Notes: a model not told the origin generated them from the sequence alone. Counted from the stretch's first letter, positions 38,971 through 49,357 are shown. The stretch: 64,000 nt of DNA from Coraliomargaritaceae bacterium (GCA_965656495.1 CBFHKU010000010.1:1-64000); one strand, 5' to 3'. Translations and numbers: made by a program.

Positions 38971-40641
38971 TTAACGTGAACGATTAAAAGCGCTGACGAG
39001 GGCATTCAAACCAGCGACTTCAATGTTGGCATTAATGCCGCAACCGAAATGAATCGTGCCGTTATCCTTTTTTATTTGAATATAGGCTGCGGCCTCGGTT
39101 TTGGAACCATGGCCAATGGAATGCTGGCGGTAATCCATGAGTTGGAAATCTTTTAAGCCGCAGTTTTCCAGAGCATCCACAAATGCACTGATGGGGCCGT
39201 TGCCCGTGCCGCGAATCGTCGCCTTTTTATCTTCGTGCAGGATTTCTGCCTCTATACTGATCTCGCCGGATTTGGCGAAGTCTTCTCGCTCGATTTTAAT
39301 CAATTGAAGCGGAGCGGTGCGCTGGACGTATTCACGAAGGAAGAGTTCATGAATTTCGTTGGATTCCAGTTCACGACTTCCCTGGTCGGCAGCCTGATTG
39401 ATGACTGCACCGACTTCGGGGTGCATCGCCTTGGGGAGGTCAAGGCCGTGGTCCCGGTGGAGGAGGAATGCCACTCCGCCCTTTCCGCTTTGGCTATTGA
39501 TTCGGATGATCGCCTCGTAGGTGCGACCGATATCCTGCGGGTCGATCAGGAGGTAGGGGACACGCCATCGCGAGGCGGGGTCTGCCTTTTTTGCATGTAG
39601 ATCCATCCCTTTTTTAATGGCGTCCTGGTGTGATCCGGAAAATGCCGTGAAAACGAGGTCGCCGGCATAGGGGTGGCGCTCCGGAACCAACATGCGGGTA
39701 ATGCGCTCGTAGGTCGCGCGGAGCTCCGGGATATCGGCAAGGTCGAGTTTTGGATCGATGCCTTGCGTGTAAAGGTTAAGGGCAACGGTCACGATGTCGA
39801 GGTTCCCGGTGCGCTCTCCGTTACCGAAGAGGGTGCCCTCGACGCGATCTGCGCCTGCGAGGAGTCCCAGTTCGGTGGCGGCGGTGCCGGTGCCACGGTC
39901 ATTGTGGGTATGGAGGCTGATGATGGCTTTGTTGCGTTCTTTGAGGTGCCGGCAAAACCACTCGATTTGATCGGCGTGATGATTGGGCGTGGCAATTTCA
40001 ACCGTAGCCGGAAGGTTGAGAATAATCTTGTTGGCCTCGGTGGGTTGCCAGACCGCCATGACCGCTTCGCAAACCTCAAGGGCGTAGTCCACCTCGGTGT
40101 CGGAGAAGCTTTCGGGGGAATATTCGAGCCGGATATCGGTATCAGGAATGGTATCGACCAAGCTTTTGATGAGCTCCGCACCTTCAACTGCGATCGCCTT
40201 GATTTCATCTTTGGTCTTATTAAAGGTAACTTCGCGCTGGAGGGGCGAAGTCGAATTGTAGAGATGAACAATCGCGCGGGGAATCCCCTCCAGGCTTTCA
40301 AAGGTGCGGCGTATCAAATGCTCGCGTGCCTGAACCAAAACTTGAACGGTGACGTCTTCAGGAATGCGTTTTTCGTCCACTAAGCGGCGGATAAAGTCGA
40401 ATTCCGTTTGGCTGGCGGAAGGGAAACCGACTTCGATTTCCTTGAAGCCGGTCTTCACGAGCGAGTCAAAAAATTCAATTTTCTCATCAACCGTCATTGG
40501 TATGGCGAGGGCTTGGTTACCGTCTCGCAAATCGACACTGGCCCAAATAGGGGCCTCTTTGATTTGATGACCGGGCCACTGGCGATCGGGCAGGTCGATC
40601 GGGGTGACCGGTTGATACTTACTGATGGGATGGCGTTGCAT
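38971..40641 (-). CDS. leuA: 2-isopropylmalate synthase (yeast/actinobacterial type)
   Basis: DLRDGNQAL, EYSPESFS, NLPATVE, HTHNDRG, GNGERTGN, RINSQSGKGG. Confidence 0.96.
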   Translation of the reverse strand: MQRHPISKYQPVTPIDLPDRQWPGHQIKEAPIWASVDLRDGNQALAIPMTVDEKIEFFDSLVKTGFKEIEVGFPSASQTEFDFIRRLVDEKRIPEDVTVQVLVQAREHLIRRTFESLEGIPRAIVHLYNSTSPLQREVTFNKTKDEIKAIAVEGAELIKSLVDTIPDTDIRLEYSPESFSDTEVDYALEVCEAVMAVWQPTEANKIILNLPATVEIATPNHHADQIEWFCRHLKERNKAIISLHTHNDRGTGTAATELGLLAGADRVEGTLFGNGERTGNLDIVTVALNLYTQGIDPKLDLADIPELRATYERITRMLVPERHPYAGDLVFTAFSGSHQDAIKKGMDLHAKKADPASRWRVPYLLIDPQDIGRTYEAIIRINSQSGKGGVAFLLHRDHGLDLPKAMHPEVGAVINQAADQGSRELESNEIHELFLREYVQRTAPLQLIKIEREDFAKSGEISIEAEILHEDKKATIRGTGNGPISAFVDALENCGLKDFQLMDYRQHSIGHGSKTEAAAYIQIKKDNGTIHFGCGINANIEVAGLNALVSAFNRSR

Positions 40642-40729
40642 GAATTTTTCTTCTATCCTGCACGGTTATGATAAGATTACTAGCGGAAATAACCGCTTGA
40701 GGCTTGTTGTATGAATTTTTTTATCTAGG

Positions 40730-41299
40730 GTGAGGTTTGTGGATAGTCCAGATAATCAGTTGAAAGGTCGAACCATAGTATTGGGCGTGACCGGCTCGAT
40801 TGCGGCTTATAAGGCGGCGGATTTGACCAGTCGCCTGGTGGAATATGGGGCGGAGGTTTTTCCGGTTTTGACGGAGTCAGCCTGTCGTTTCATCCAACCG
40901 CTCACCTTGCAAACCCTGGCTCGTAACCCTGCGGCCTCGGATCTATGGGCTGAGGAGGAGGGCTGGCAACCCGGCCACATTGAGATCGCGGATCGGGCGG
41001 ATTTGCTTCTGGTTGCTCCGGCAACGGCGCACTGCATCGCAAATTTTGCTCACGGGCTGGCTCCGGATTTGCTGACATCGATTCATTTAGCGACGCGGGC
41101 TCCTGTTTTATTGGCGCCGGCGATGAATGGAAAAATGCTTGAACATGCTGCAACACAAGGGAATATGGCAACGTTGCGCAAACGTGGGTACAGATTTGTG
41201 GATCCGGAAGTCGGTCGCTTGGCCTGTGGTTACGAGGGTCCAGGTAAACTAGCCCCTGTAGAATCTATCATCAAAAGTGTTATTGGTTTATTAGGTTGA
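40730..41299 (+). CDS. coaC: phosphopantothenoylcysteine decarboxylase (stand-alone CoaC domain)
   Basis: GVTGSIAAYKA, HIEIA, APATA, PAMN, LACG..GPGKL. Confidence 0.9.
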   Translation: MRFVDSPDNQLKGRTIVLGVTGSIAAYKAADLTSRLVEYGAEVFPVLTESACRFIQPLTLQTLARNPAASDLWAEEEGWQPGHIEIADRADLLLVAPATAHCIANFAHGLAPDLLTSIHLATRAPVLLAPAMNGKMLEHAATQGNMATLRKRGYRFVDPEVGRLACGYEGPGKLAPVESIIKSVIGLLG

Positions 41300-41341
41300 T
41301 AGTTTTTTTATATAGTTTTAGGTTCATAGGGAATAAGTAAT

Positions 41342-42115
41342 ATGAAGGATTTGTTTAAATTTATATCAGTTATTCTTGTTCTGGTTTTCTCGATGAGCTC
41401 CTTGAAAGCGGAGGAACCCTTGCCCTCTCTGTATGAGCTATACCGCGAATTCATTTCAAACAATGGCGGTGAAAAAAATATGTTGGATCTCAATAGCATT
41501 ATTGTTTCCGGCCAAATCGTACAAGATGATCAAAAGGTCAAATTTCGGCTATACCGCAAGCGCCCGAATAAAATGCGTATTACCGTTTCCTTCGATAACT
41601 TTGAAATATCTACCATATTTAACGGTGAAAAGGGTTGGCAGGAAGTGTCGAGTCGCTCTGAGCTGGTCGCACTGACAAAAATCGAAGGCGATGAACTTGC
41701 TATGCTAAAGACGGATAGTATGTTCGATTCCCCTTTTTATTCAGCATTCAAAAAGCGGAAACTCATCACGGTTGCTGCTATCGAAGAAATAAATGGAGAG
41801 GAGGTTGTGCGTCTTGATTTTGATCCTGCCGGCAAATTTGGCTTTGATAATATCTGGCTAAGTTTGGAACATTATCAGGAAGTAAAAATGCTCCGCGATT
41901 TGCCTAGGGATGATTCGGAGAGCCAATTTTTAAAAGAAGAAATCTACTATGATAGATTTAGTTTAATTAAAGGCGTCTACTGGGCTCGAATAATGCAGCA
42001 CTTTGTGGAAGGAGAATTGACCAAGGAAGTCATCATTGAGGACGTGAAGCCCAATGCGGGCGTTTTTGACGCTTACTTTGAAGTGGATGATGTCAAAAAC
42101 CCCACTGCCAGATAA
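41342..42115 (+). CDS. exported LolA-like/outer-membrane sorting family protein
   Basis: Signal peptide; YRKRPNKMR and FNGEKGW pattern; lower GC. Confidence 0.6.
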   Translation: MKDLFKFISVILVLVFSMSSLKAEEPLPSLYELYREFISNNGGEKNMLDLNSIIVSGQIVQDDQKVKFRLYRKRPNKMRITVSFDNFEISTIFNGEKGWQEVSSRSELVALTKIEGDELAMLKTDSMFDSPFYSAFKKRKLITVAAIEEINGEEVVRLDFDPAGKFGFDNIWLSLEHYQEVKMLRDLPRDDSESQFLKEEIYYDRFSLIKGVYWARIMQHFVEGELTKEVIIEDVKPNAGVFDAYFEVDDVKNPTAR

Positions 42116-42878
42116 GGGATAGTAGTGGTGGAACCAGCAGGGAGGCATCAGCTAAAATGCGTCCGTTTTCAGAGCCTGAAATATGACGACATGAGTAAAT
42201 CCCAAAGAGTAGCATAACCGCGCTGAGGGCGATTGGGAGGCATAGGGCTGCGAGCAGTGCAGCAATTCCAAGCATAAAGGGGGTTGGATTTTTAAGGCGG
42301 CAAATGGGTTGCCTTGGATTGTTTTTGTGGGGTGGGTCGAATTCAGTAACGAGTAGGCAATTTGCAGTGAACAGGAAAAAGAGAGTAGGCGGGAGCAGCC
42401 ACAGGGGCGGATCGTTGAGAAAGATGAGGACTCCTGCGCTAAAAATGAGGCCGACTAGAAGTTCCTTTTGGAACGGGGCTGGTTTTATTTTCTGTACACC
42501 AAGTGTATAGGCCAGCGTTACCAAGAGCAGAATAAGTCCACGCATCAATTGCGCTTCGCTTAGACCCTTCAGGGCAAGACTCAGGTTGATTAGCAGGAGA
42601 AAGCACCAAAAGACCCAAAGGGTGTTTTTATGTCGGGCAACGAAGTGGTGGCGCAGCGAGCGCAATTCGGTAGGTTCTTTTCCGCGCACGTCGAATAAGC
42701 GATCCGCAAGGTATGTGAGCCAGACGGAAAGCGCGAGCACCAGCGCGGGAATCGTCGGGAAGATTGCTTCACCGGGCAGTAGGAGCCAATACCAACTGAC
42801 AGCGATCAATGCCGCATCAATACCCAGCACGTTGGGCCACTGCCAAAAGCAGGGTGTTTTATCTGCGCCTGTTCGCAC
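42093..42878 (-). CDS. hypothetical polytopic membrane protein (distant UbiA-like)
   Basis: Multiple TM helices; WLTYLADRLFD motif. Confidence 0.55.
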   Translation of the reverse strand: MRTGADKTPCFWQWPNVLGIDAALIAVSWYWLLLPGEAIFPTIPALVLALSVWLTYLADRLFDVRGKEPTELRSLRHHFVARHKNTLWVFWCFLLLINLSLALKGLSEAQLMRGLILLLVTLAYTLGVQKIKPAPFQKELLVGLIFSAGVLIFLNDPPLWLLPPTLFFLFTANCLLVTEFDPPHKNNPRQPICRLKNPTPFMLGIAALLAALCLPIALSAVMLLFGIYSCRHISGSENGRILADASLLVPPLLSLIWQWGF

Positions 42879-42901
42879 CTTTTAAAATAAACGGTTGCCT
42901 T

Positions 42902-43882
42902 TTATTTTTCAGGCGGCGTTAGCAGAACGCGGGTCTGGAGCCCCGGCAGAAATTCAGAAAAGGCCTCGCCGTCAGGGCTATTACGCAGGACGCGCTGCAC
43001 CATTCCCATCTTGGCATCGAGGTTGTCCACCATCGAGACGAATACCGCCTCGGGCGTCGCCGCCATGGCAGCGGCACCCCATTCCTTTTCACCTTGGTGG
43101 CTGAGAATGATGTGTTCGAGGCGTTCGGTGAGATCCTCATTCAAGCCACATTGTAGGGCGGCCTTGCGTGCGATACGAAAACCGATGACAACGTGGCCTT
43201 GTAGGATGCCGATCCGGCTGGAGCGAGCCGCAAATTCACCTTCATATTCTTCCAGTTTTCCGATGTCGTGTAAGGCGATACCCGCAAGAGCGAGATCTGC
43301 GTCCACCTCGGGATAAAGCGGCAAGAGGGCGCGGGCGGCACGCAGCATATGCACAGTGTGCTCAAGTAAGCCATGGCGATAGGCGTGGTGCATGCTGATG
43401 GCGGCAGGGCTAACGCGAAGCGCAGGTTCAGTCTCCTGGATCACGCGCTCAACCGTTGCCCGCAACTGCGGGTGAAGTATGGCAGCGACCGCATCCTGCA
43501 AGTGCTGCCAAAGGTCAGCTTCGCTTTCCGGCGGAACCTCCATGAGTTGCCCCAGCACGCCTTCCTCCGCGGCTTCCTTCGCATCGATGATTTCGCCGGC
43601 AGAGAGACGGGGAGAAAAACGATCGTTATAATATTCGGTGGTGCCCGCGATGCGTGCAATAGAACCTTCTTGAGCTGCTTCAAGCGCTTTGTAGAGGGGC
43701 GAATCCCCAAAACAGTTGGCGGTAAAACTTCCGCTGGAATCGCCGATTTCCAGGTTTAGGAAGGGGTTGCCGTTTCGGGCGGTTTTGGTGTTTTTGCGAC
43801 GCAGGATGAAGATGCCCCGGAAGGGAACCGCGAGTTCGCGGTCGAGGGCCTTAAGTGCTTGGACGGTGCGAAAATCAGACAT
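42902..43882 (-). CDS. yhaM: YhaM/Cbf1-like 3'-5' exonuclease (OB + HD)
   Basis: HHAYRHGLLEH, LHDIGK, GHVVIG, HIILSHQG, DNLDAK. Confidence 0.88.
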   Translation of the reverse strand: MSDFRTVQALKALDRELAVPFRGIFILRRKNTKTARNGNPFLNLEIGDSSGSFTANCFGDSPLYKALEAAQEGSIARIAGTTEYYNDRFSPRLSAGEIIDAKEAAEEGVLGQLMEVPPESEADLWQHLQDAVAAILHPQLRATVERVIQETEPALRVSPAAISMHHAYRHGLLEHTVHMLRAARALLPLYPEVDADLALAGIALHDIGKLEEYEGEFAARSSRIGILQGHVVIGFRIARKAALQCGLNEDLTERLEHIILSHQGEKEWGAAAMAATPEAVFVSMVDNLDAKMGMVQRVLRNSPDGEAFSEFLPGLQTRVLLTPPEK

Positions 43883-43933
43883 AGTAGCAAGATATACCTT
43901 TATTGGATGCCTGTAAAGTGGGGAACCCCGGCT

Positions 43934-45358
43934 TTAAAAATCAATCACGTAAAAATATCCGGAACTGATATCCTGCGCTTCATCCTCGCTGATCCAGCGC
44001 AATTCATACTCTGGGCCCCAAGAATCGCTGACGGCTAATTCTCCGGTATCATCATTGAAGCCCACGATCAGGCATATGTGCCCCCGGTCGGGATCCTCTT
44101 TGAGTTTGGGCGAACGCTTTAGCAGTTCGGAGAGGGTCTTCTTCCAGAGCTTCACATCGTTCGCCTTCATGCGCTGTCGTGTGATGGCGTTCGCGATCAT
44201 ATTGTATTCATTGGTTGAATACATGGTCCACAGGACGGGCTGGCCGTTTTCAATGAATTTTTTAACACCTCTTACCGATGCCTTTCCGGAGATATTTTGC
44301 ATTTGTCGTCCCGCCCTACGTACAAAATCCGAGGTTCCCTCGATGATATCGCTGACGTAAGTGCCGCCGCCGAGCCCGGTGTTACCCGCCATCGCAAGGG
44401 CATACATATCCGCGCGGATGTCCATATAGCGCAGGCATCGTTCAAGGGTGGCAGGAACGCAATAGCCTTTGGGGCCTTGATCGACCATCGGTATGTTGTT
44501 GATAAGAACATCGCCAAAGTCATTGGTCTGTACGTTAGCCCGGGCCATTTTCTTGGCTTGGGTCGTATTGATTCTTTCGGGTCGTCCGCGCTGATCAGCC
44601 AATTCCTCTGGCATAATTCGAAGTGCGAGATATTCATCTTCCACCGCCGCGAGCAGGAGGCTGGAATTGCCGACATCCCAGCGGAGGATTCTTTCTTTCA
44701 TCGCTTTTCCCGAGCCGGTTGACTGACGATCGGGTGAACCAAAAACAGCGAGGGAGGCCTCCAGTTTCTCATTGTCTGCATCGATTGCCTCATTGACAGC
44801 TTTGAGGGCCTTCCGCTCGTTATCCAGCAGGTCAAAGGTTACGGAGTCGCCTTTGTTGGCAAACATGATGCTAATGTAATCGACCTTTCCATTTTGACCA
44901 TAAAGGACCGCGGTGTAAGGGATGGCGCCGCCGATCGGGCTTTTCTTTTTAAAATACACGCGGAAGCTGGACTGGGTTTCGGTCTTGGATTCCTGCGGCC
45001 AACCAAGACGGTAAGCGACCTCATGAGGGGCGTCATCCCATAGATTTTCATCGCCCCACAAATCAATACCGAGCTGTTGATTCAGCATTTTATAGATTTT
45101 TGAGTCGGTGTTTTGAGGGCTTGAGTCTGGATTATTGGAAGGCTCATTTGCCTGTGCTTTGAGTCGCTGCCGATCCGGATCGCTTAATTGGGCAAGGGGG
45201 ATGGAGAAGCGAACTCCGTCTGCCCGGCGCACCTCAACTGTTTGAGTGCCAACCTTGAGAATTTCGACCTCAATGCTGCGGCCTTTGATGTCGGTGAGTG
45301 TTTCCCCAAAGCAACTCAATGCCACGAACAGAAAGCCAAAGCTTATGAATTTTATCAT
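43934..45358 (-). CDS. secreted C39/papain-like cysteine peptidase-fold protein
   Basis: Signal peptide, SHD1-like N-domain (TDIKGR..IPLAQLS..D), VDQGPKGYC, GHICLIVG, SDSWG. Confidence 0.7.
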   Translation of the reverse strand: MIKFISFGFLFVALSCFGETLTDIKGRSIEVEILKVGTQTVEVRRADGVRFSIPLAQLSDPDRQRLKAQANEPSNNPDSSPQNTDSKIYKMLNQQLGIDLWGDENLWDDAPHEVAYRLGWPQESKTETQSSFRVYFKKKSPIGGAIPYTAVLYGQNGKVDYISIMFANKGDSVTFDLLDNERKALKAVNEAIDADNEKLEASLAVFGSPDRQSTGSGKAMKERILRWDVGNSSLLLAAVEDEYLALRIMPEELADQRGRPERINTTQAKKMARANVQTNDFGDVLINNIPMVDQGPKGYCVPATLERCLRYMDIRADMYALAMAGNTGLGGGTYVSDIIEGTSDFVRRAGRQMQNISGKASVRGVKKFIENGQPVLWTMYSTNEYNMIANAITRQRMKANDVKLWKKTLSELLKRSPKLKEDPDRGHICLIVGFNDDTGELAVSDSWGPEYELRWISEDEAQDISSGYFYVIDF

Positions 45359-45424
45359 TTTGAATCTCTTTCAATATGTTGTCTGTGAACCATGCAAATA
45401 CAGCGAATGGCGGGGGCAGGAGTG

Positions 45425-45709
45425 TCAGTTATTTTCCGGCATCTCGCGAAAGAAGATGCCGATGCGTCCTACCGAACCGACGAACTCGCTGGCGGTTCGG
45501 GTCGGAATTTCCTGACAGAGTGATTGGATGGTATCGCGCGGCGCATCAAAGCGAATTTTGATGAGACCGTTTTTGGTGAGGGCGATCTCGATTTCTTTGA
45601 GGACGGGCTCACTGAGGCCTTGCTTTCCCATGAGGATATGGGGCTTCAGGCGTTGTGCGATGCCGCGCAGTTCCTTTTTTTCGGCGCTGGTGAGAGGTTG
45701 GGATTCCAT
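45425..45709 (-). CDS. yhbY: YhbY/CRM RNA-binding protein
   Basis: LRGIAQRLKP..MGKQG, LIKIRF, VGSVGR. Confidence 0.9.
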   Translation of the reverse strand: MESQPLTSAEKKELRGIAQRLKPHILMGKQGLSEPVLKEIEIALTKNGLIKIRFDAPRDTIQSLCQEIPTRTASEFVGSVGRIGIFFREMPENN

Positions 45710-45775
45710 AAATTGAACTATATAAATTACAACAATCTGGAATCGATGCAAGCGGGTAGGTTGCGCGCGATTTTT

Positions 45776-46183
45776 TTAATTTCGCGGTATGGGTTTGTTT
45801 TTCGAATACTTGGCAGCGCTTTTCGTGGCTAATCGTAATGGGAGGGTTTGTTGCGGAATCTGGGCGAGGTAGCTGCGGATTTTCGTGCTTATCCAGTCAT
45901 TGGGATTACTGAATCCTTCACGCAAGCTTAGCGATGCGATAAAATCCCACTCGGTTTTGCTAAAATCCAGCTCATTTAATTTTGTGCTCACGGGGAAGGG
46001 CAGTTCTCCATACATGAGGAGTTTGAAGATCAATTGTTCGGGCGAACTTATTTTCCTTTTCTCGTGTTCAATGTTGGTGATCGCAAATTTATCGAGGCCT
46101 ACTCGCTTGCCTAGCTGTGTTTGAGTTAGTCCCTTTTCTTTGCGCCACTTTTTAAGAATTGAAGGCGTTATATCCGATTCCAT
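45776..46183 (-). CDS. XRE/Cro-C1 HTH protein
   Basis: LKKWRKEKGLTQTQLGKRVGLDKFAITNIE. Confidence 0.8.
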   Translation of the reverse strand: MESDITPSILKKWRKEKGLTQTQLGKRVGLDKFAITNIEHEKRKISSPEQLIFKLLMYGELPFPVSTKLNELDFSKTEWDFIASLSLREGFSNPNDWISTKIRSYLAQIPQQTLPLRLATKSAAKYSKNKPIPRN

Positions 46184-46363
46184 GAAGCGGATTTGAGTTT
46201 AAAAATGGAGTAAAAGCAACTTTTTGTATTCCGTAAGTTACTGATAATCAATTAATAGTTATTTTTAATTAATATATTGCAAGCAGTCCTAGCTCTGGAT
46301 GTCAAGAATTACGCTTCTCACTCGCTTGCGGCTACTGAGTCTCTTGGAGGAAGTCTTTGTGCG

Positions 46364-48199
46364 TCAGCTTTTTGGATCGGGCAGTGTTTTTGCCGCGATG
46401 TTTGCGAGGAGCTCCGCAAGGAATTCGTTGGTGGATTTCGTTCCTTCAAGTGCTTTGTTGGCACGGGATCGCACCGCCACCTTGTCTTCCTCCGCTTCCC
46501 GTTTCCCTAGAACCAGCATGTGCGGCACTTTCTCAATTTCAGCCCTGCGAATCTTGGCGCCCAGTTTGTCGGCGACCGCATCGACTGTTACGCGAACCTT
46601 GGCAGCTTTGAGCAAGGTTTCGATTTCTCGCGCGCGCGGAACAAGGTCATCGTTCATCGGCAGAATGCGAACTTGCTCGGGTGCCAGCCAGGTCGGGAAA
46701 TTGCCCGCGAAATGTTCGATGAGAACGCCGCAAAAACGTTCCATCGAGCCAAAGGGAGCGCGGTGAATCATAACCGGGCGGTGCTTCTCGTTGTCTGCCC
46801 CGATGTAGTGGAGGTCAAAGCGCTCGGGTAGGTTATAATCAACCTGAACCGTACCGAGTTGCCACTCGCGCCCGATTACGTCTTTCACAACGAAGTCAAT
46901 TTTTGGGCCATAAAAGGCGGCTTCCCCGGCTTCTTCCGAGTAATCAACTCCGAGTGATTGGGCGGCTTCGCGGAGGGCATTTTCGGCGCGATCCCATTTT
47001 TCGGAATCACCGACGTATTTGGTGGAATCGGGGTCGCGAAGTCCAATGCGGACCCGGTAATCGGACATTCCGAGGGTATTGAAGACCAGTTTGACAAGGT
47101 CGAGGCATCCGGCGATTTCGGTTGCGATTTGATCCTCGGTGCAGAAGAGGTGGGCATCGTCCTGAGTGAAGCCGCGCACGCGGGTCAGGCCGTTGAGCTC
47201 GCCGGACTGTTCCCATCGGTAAACGGTGCCGAATTCAGCAAGGCGTACCGGGAGGTCGCGGTATGAGTGGGGCTGGCTGGCGAAAATCTTGATATGCATG
47301 GGGCAATTCATCGGCTTGAGCAGGTAGCCGTCGATTTCGCCGGAATCGAGTTGGTTGGAAAGGTCGGCGCAGGAGCAGCCTTGATGCGCGAGGGATTCCA
47401 CCGTGCCGGGCTCAACAATGGGGGGGAATTGCGATTCTTTATAGTAGGGGAAGTGTCCGGAGGTGCGGTAGAGCCCGAGCTTGCCGATGTGCGGCGTATA
47501 GACCTGATCGTACCCCGTTTTTTGCAATTCGTCGGCAATGAAGTTTTGCAATTCGGTGCGGAGAACCGCGCCGTTGGGAGTCCAGAGCACCATGCCGGAT
47601 CCGACCGCTTCATCGATGTGAAAGAGTTTGAGTTCGCGGCCGAGTTTGCGGTGATCGCGGGCGCGGGCTTGTTCAAGGCGTTCAAGATATTCAGCCAGTT
47701 CTTCCTTTGATGGAAAGGCGGTGCCGTAAATGCGCTGAAGCTGTTTGTTTTTCTCGTCGCCGCGATGGTAGGCTCCCGCGATGGAGAGTAATTTGAAGGC
47801 CTTGATCTTTTTGGTATAGCTCACGTGCGAACCGGCGCAGAGGTCGAGGAATTCGCCGTTACGGTAAAAGCTCACCTGCTCGTCTTCCGGGATGTCGTCG
47901 AGGCGACCCAGCTTGTAGCGCTCCTGACCCATCGCCTTGATTTTTTCAATAGCCGCTTCGCGGCTGCACTCGATGCGTTCAAATTTTTGGTTTTCTTTGA
48001 TTACTTTTTTCATCTCGCCCTCAAGGGCCTCAAGGTCGGCGGCATCGAGTTGCTTATCGAGGTCGATGTCGTAATAGAAACCGTTCTCGGTGGGAGGACC
48101 GATATCAAGTTGGGCCTCGGGATGCAGGCGCAAGACAGCGGTGGCCAGCACGTGCGCAGCAGAGTGGCGAATTTCCTCAAGGGGCGACATTTCTTTCAT
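46364..48199 (-). CDS. thrS: threonyl-tRNA synthetase
   Basis: RHSAAH, DLCAGSH, RDHRKLG, KPMNCP, RVRGFTQDDAH, FYGPKID, HRAPFGSMER. Confidence 0.97.
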   Translation of the reverse strand: MKEMSPLEEIRHSAAHVLATAVLRLHPEAQLDIGPPTENGFYYDIDLDKQLDAADLEALEGEMKKVIKENQKFERIECSREAAIEKIKAMGQERYKLGRLDDIPEDEQVSFYRNGEFLDLCAGSHVSYTKKIKAFKLLSIAGAYHRGDEKNKQLQRIYGTAFPSKEELAEYLERLEQARARDHRKLGRELKLFHIDEAVGSGMVLWTPNGAVLRTELQNFIADELQKTGYDQVYTPHIGKLGLYRTSGHFPYYKESQFPPIVEPGTVESLAHQGCSCADLSNQLDSGEIDGYLLKPMNCPMHIKIFASQPHSYRDLPVRLAEFGTVYRWEQSGELNGLTRVRGFTQDDAHLFCTEDQIATEIAGCLDLVKLVFNTLGMSDYRVRIGLRDPDSTKYVGDSEKWDRAENALREAAQSLGVDYSEEAGEAAFYGPKIDFVVKDVIGREWQLGTVQVDYNLPERFDLHYIGADNEKHRPVMIHRAPFGSMERFCGVLIEHFAGNFPTWLAPEQVRILPMNDDLVPRAREIETLLKAAKVRVTVDAVADKLGAKIRRAEIEKVPHMLVLGKREAEEDKVAVRSRANKALEGTKSTNEFLAELLANIAAKTLPDPKS

Positions 48200-48289
48200 A
48201 GGACTTTATGTTGGTCTAAAAACTTATAGACACGCTCTAGTCACGGCTAGTCAATGCCGTATTGTGTCGATAACCTTTAAACCAGTCCG

Positions 48290-49162
48290 CTAACCCCGGT
48301 AAGGGAATGCCGGCACACCGCGGATATTCAGCCCATCCACCACAAAAACTTTCCCGGCATCGGCTTCTTTTTTGCTTTTGTGTATCCCGGTGGTCACAAA
48401 AAGACGATCCAAGTTTGGACCTCCAAAGGTGCAGGCGGTGGTTTCTACACAGGGGAAATCTATGTGCATGAGTTTCTTCTGCTCGTGCGGGTTGAAACAT
48501 GCCACACAGCCGCCATGACAAAATGCGACCCAGAGGTTGCCGTTGGCATCAATGCACATGCCGTCAGGGGATGAGTCGTAGCCCAAAAGGGCGGTGTCGA
48601 TTACGCTCTGTTCCCTCCCGAGGGTGCCGCTTTTTAAATCAAACTCGTAGGCTCTGATGAGCTTGGTCGGGGTGTCGATGTGGTAGAGTGTTTTAGCGTC
48701 AAGGCTCCAGCAAATCCCGTTGGAGTTGGTTAAATTGCCGAGCTTGAAATGGAGGCGGCGTTGGCGATCAAGCATGTAAAGGTTGGCGATGCCCTCTTGT
48801 TTATTGAGACTGATGCTTCCAGCCCAAAAACGACCGTCAGGATCACACTTGCCGTCGTTAAAGCGTACCGCACGCCCTCTGGAGCTTTCAGGGTTCCCTA
48901 TGGGTGTTTTTGTGTTGGTGCGGGGATCGAAGAGCACAAAACCACTGCTGCCAGCGTAAGCGAATTTATTATCGTTGGTTGGCACGACGGTTCCAACAGC
49001 TTCGCGAACATTCCAGGATTTCACTCGACCGCTTTCCGGATCCAGGCGATGGATACAGTGGCCTTCAATATCGACATATAGAAGGCTATCCTTCCACCAT
49101 AGTGGACCTTCGCCCCATTTTGAAATGTGCTTTGAGATCGGCCGAATCGAAAGGTTTTTCAT
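48290..49162 (-). CDS. SMP-30/gluconolactonase family protein
   Basis: GEGP, RFNDGKCD, SNGICWS, PDGMCID. Confidence 0.92.
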   Translation of the reverse strand: MKNLSIRPISKHISKWGEGPLWWKDSLLYVDIEGHCIHRLDPESGRVKSWNVREAVGTVVPTNDNKFAYAGSSGFVLFDPRTNTKTPIGNPESSRGRAVRFNDGKCDPDGRFWAGSISLNKQEGIANLYMLDRQRRLHFKLGNLTNSNGICWSLDAKTLYHIDTPTKLIRAYEFDLKSGTLGREQSVIDTALLGYDSSPDGMCIDANGNLWVAFCHGGCVACFNPHEQKKLMHIDFPCVETTACTFGGPNLDRLFVTTGIHKSKKEADAGKVFVVDGLNIRGVPAFPYRG

Positions 49163-49357
49163 TTTTACTTTTAAATTATATATCCTATTAAATAAATTAT
49201 ATGTTTAAGATAGGATTATTTTTTTACATTCGTCAACTGCTGTCATTTCTTAATGTGAAAATTTTGCAATCGCTTGTATGGTAGGTAGAAATCGCAGCGC
49301 GGATGGCATAAAAATGTTATTTTAACTGTTTTGAACCTCGTTGGGAGTGATTTCAGC

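Noticed and set aside
40642..40729. Attenuator or leader peptide upstream of leuA (also checked upstream of hisG)
   Set aside because: No Leu- or His-rich short ORF and no terminator/antiterminator seen.
46228..46260. IHF-like or attachment-site motif (TAAGTTACTGATAATCAA)
   Set aside because: Mismatched to consensus, in AT-rich DNA, and no recombinase nearby.
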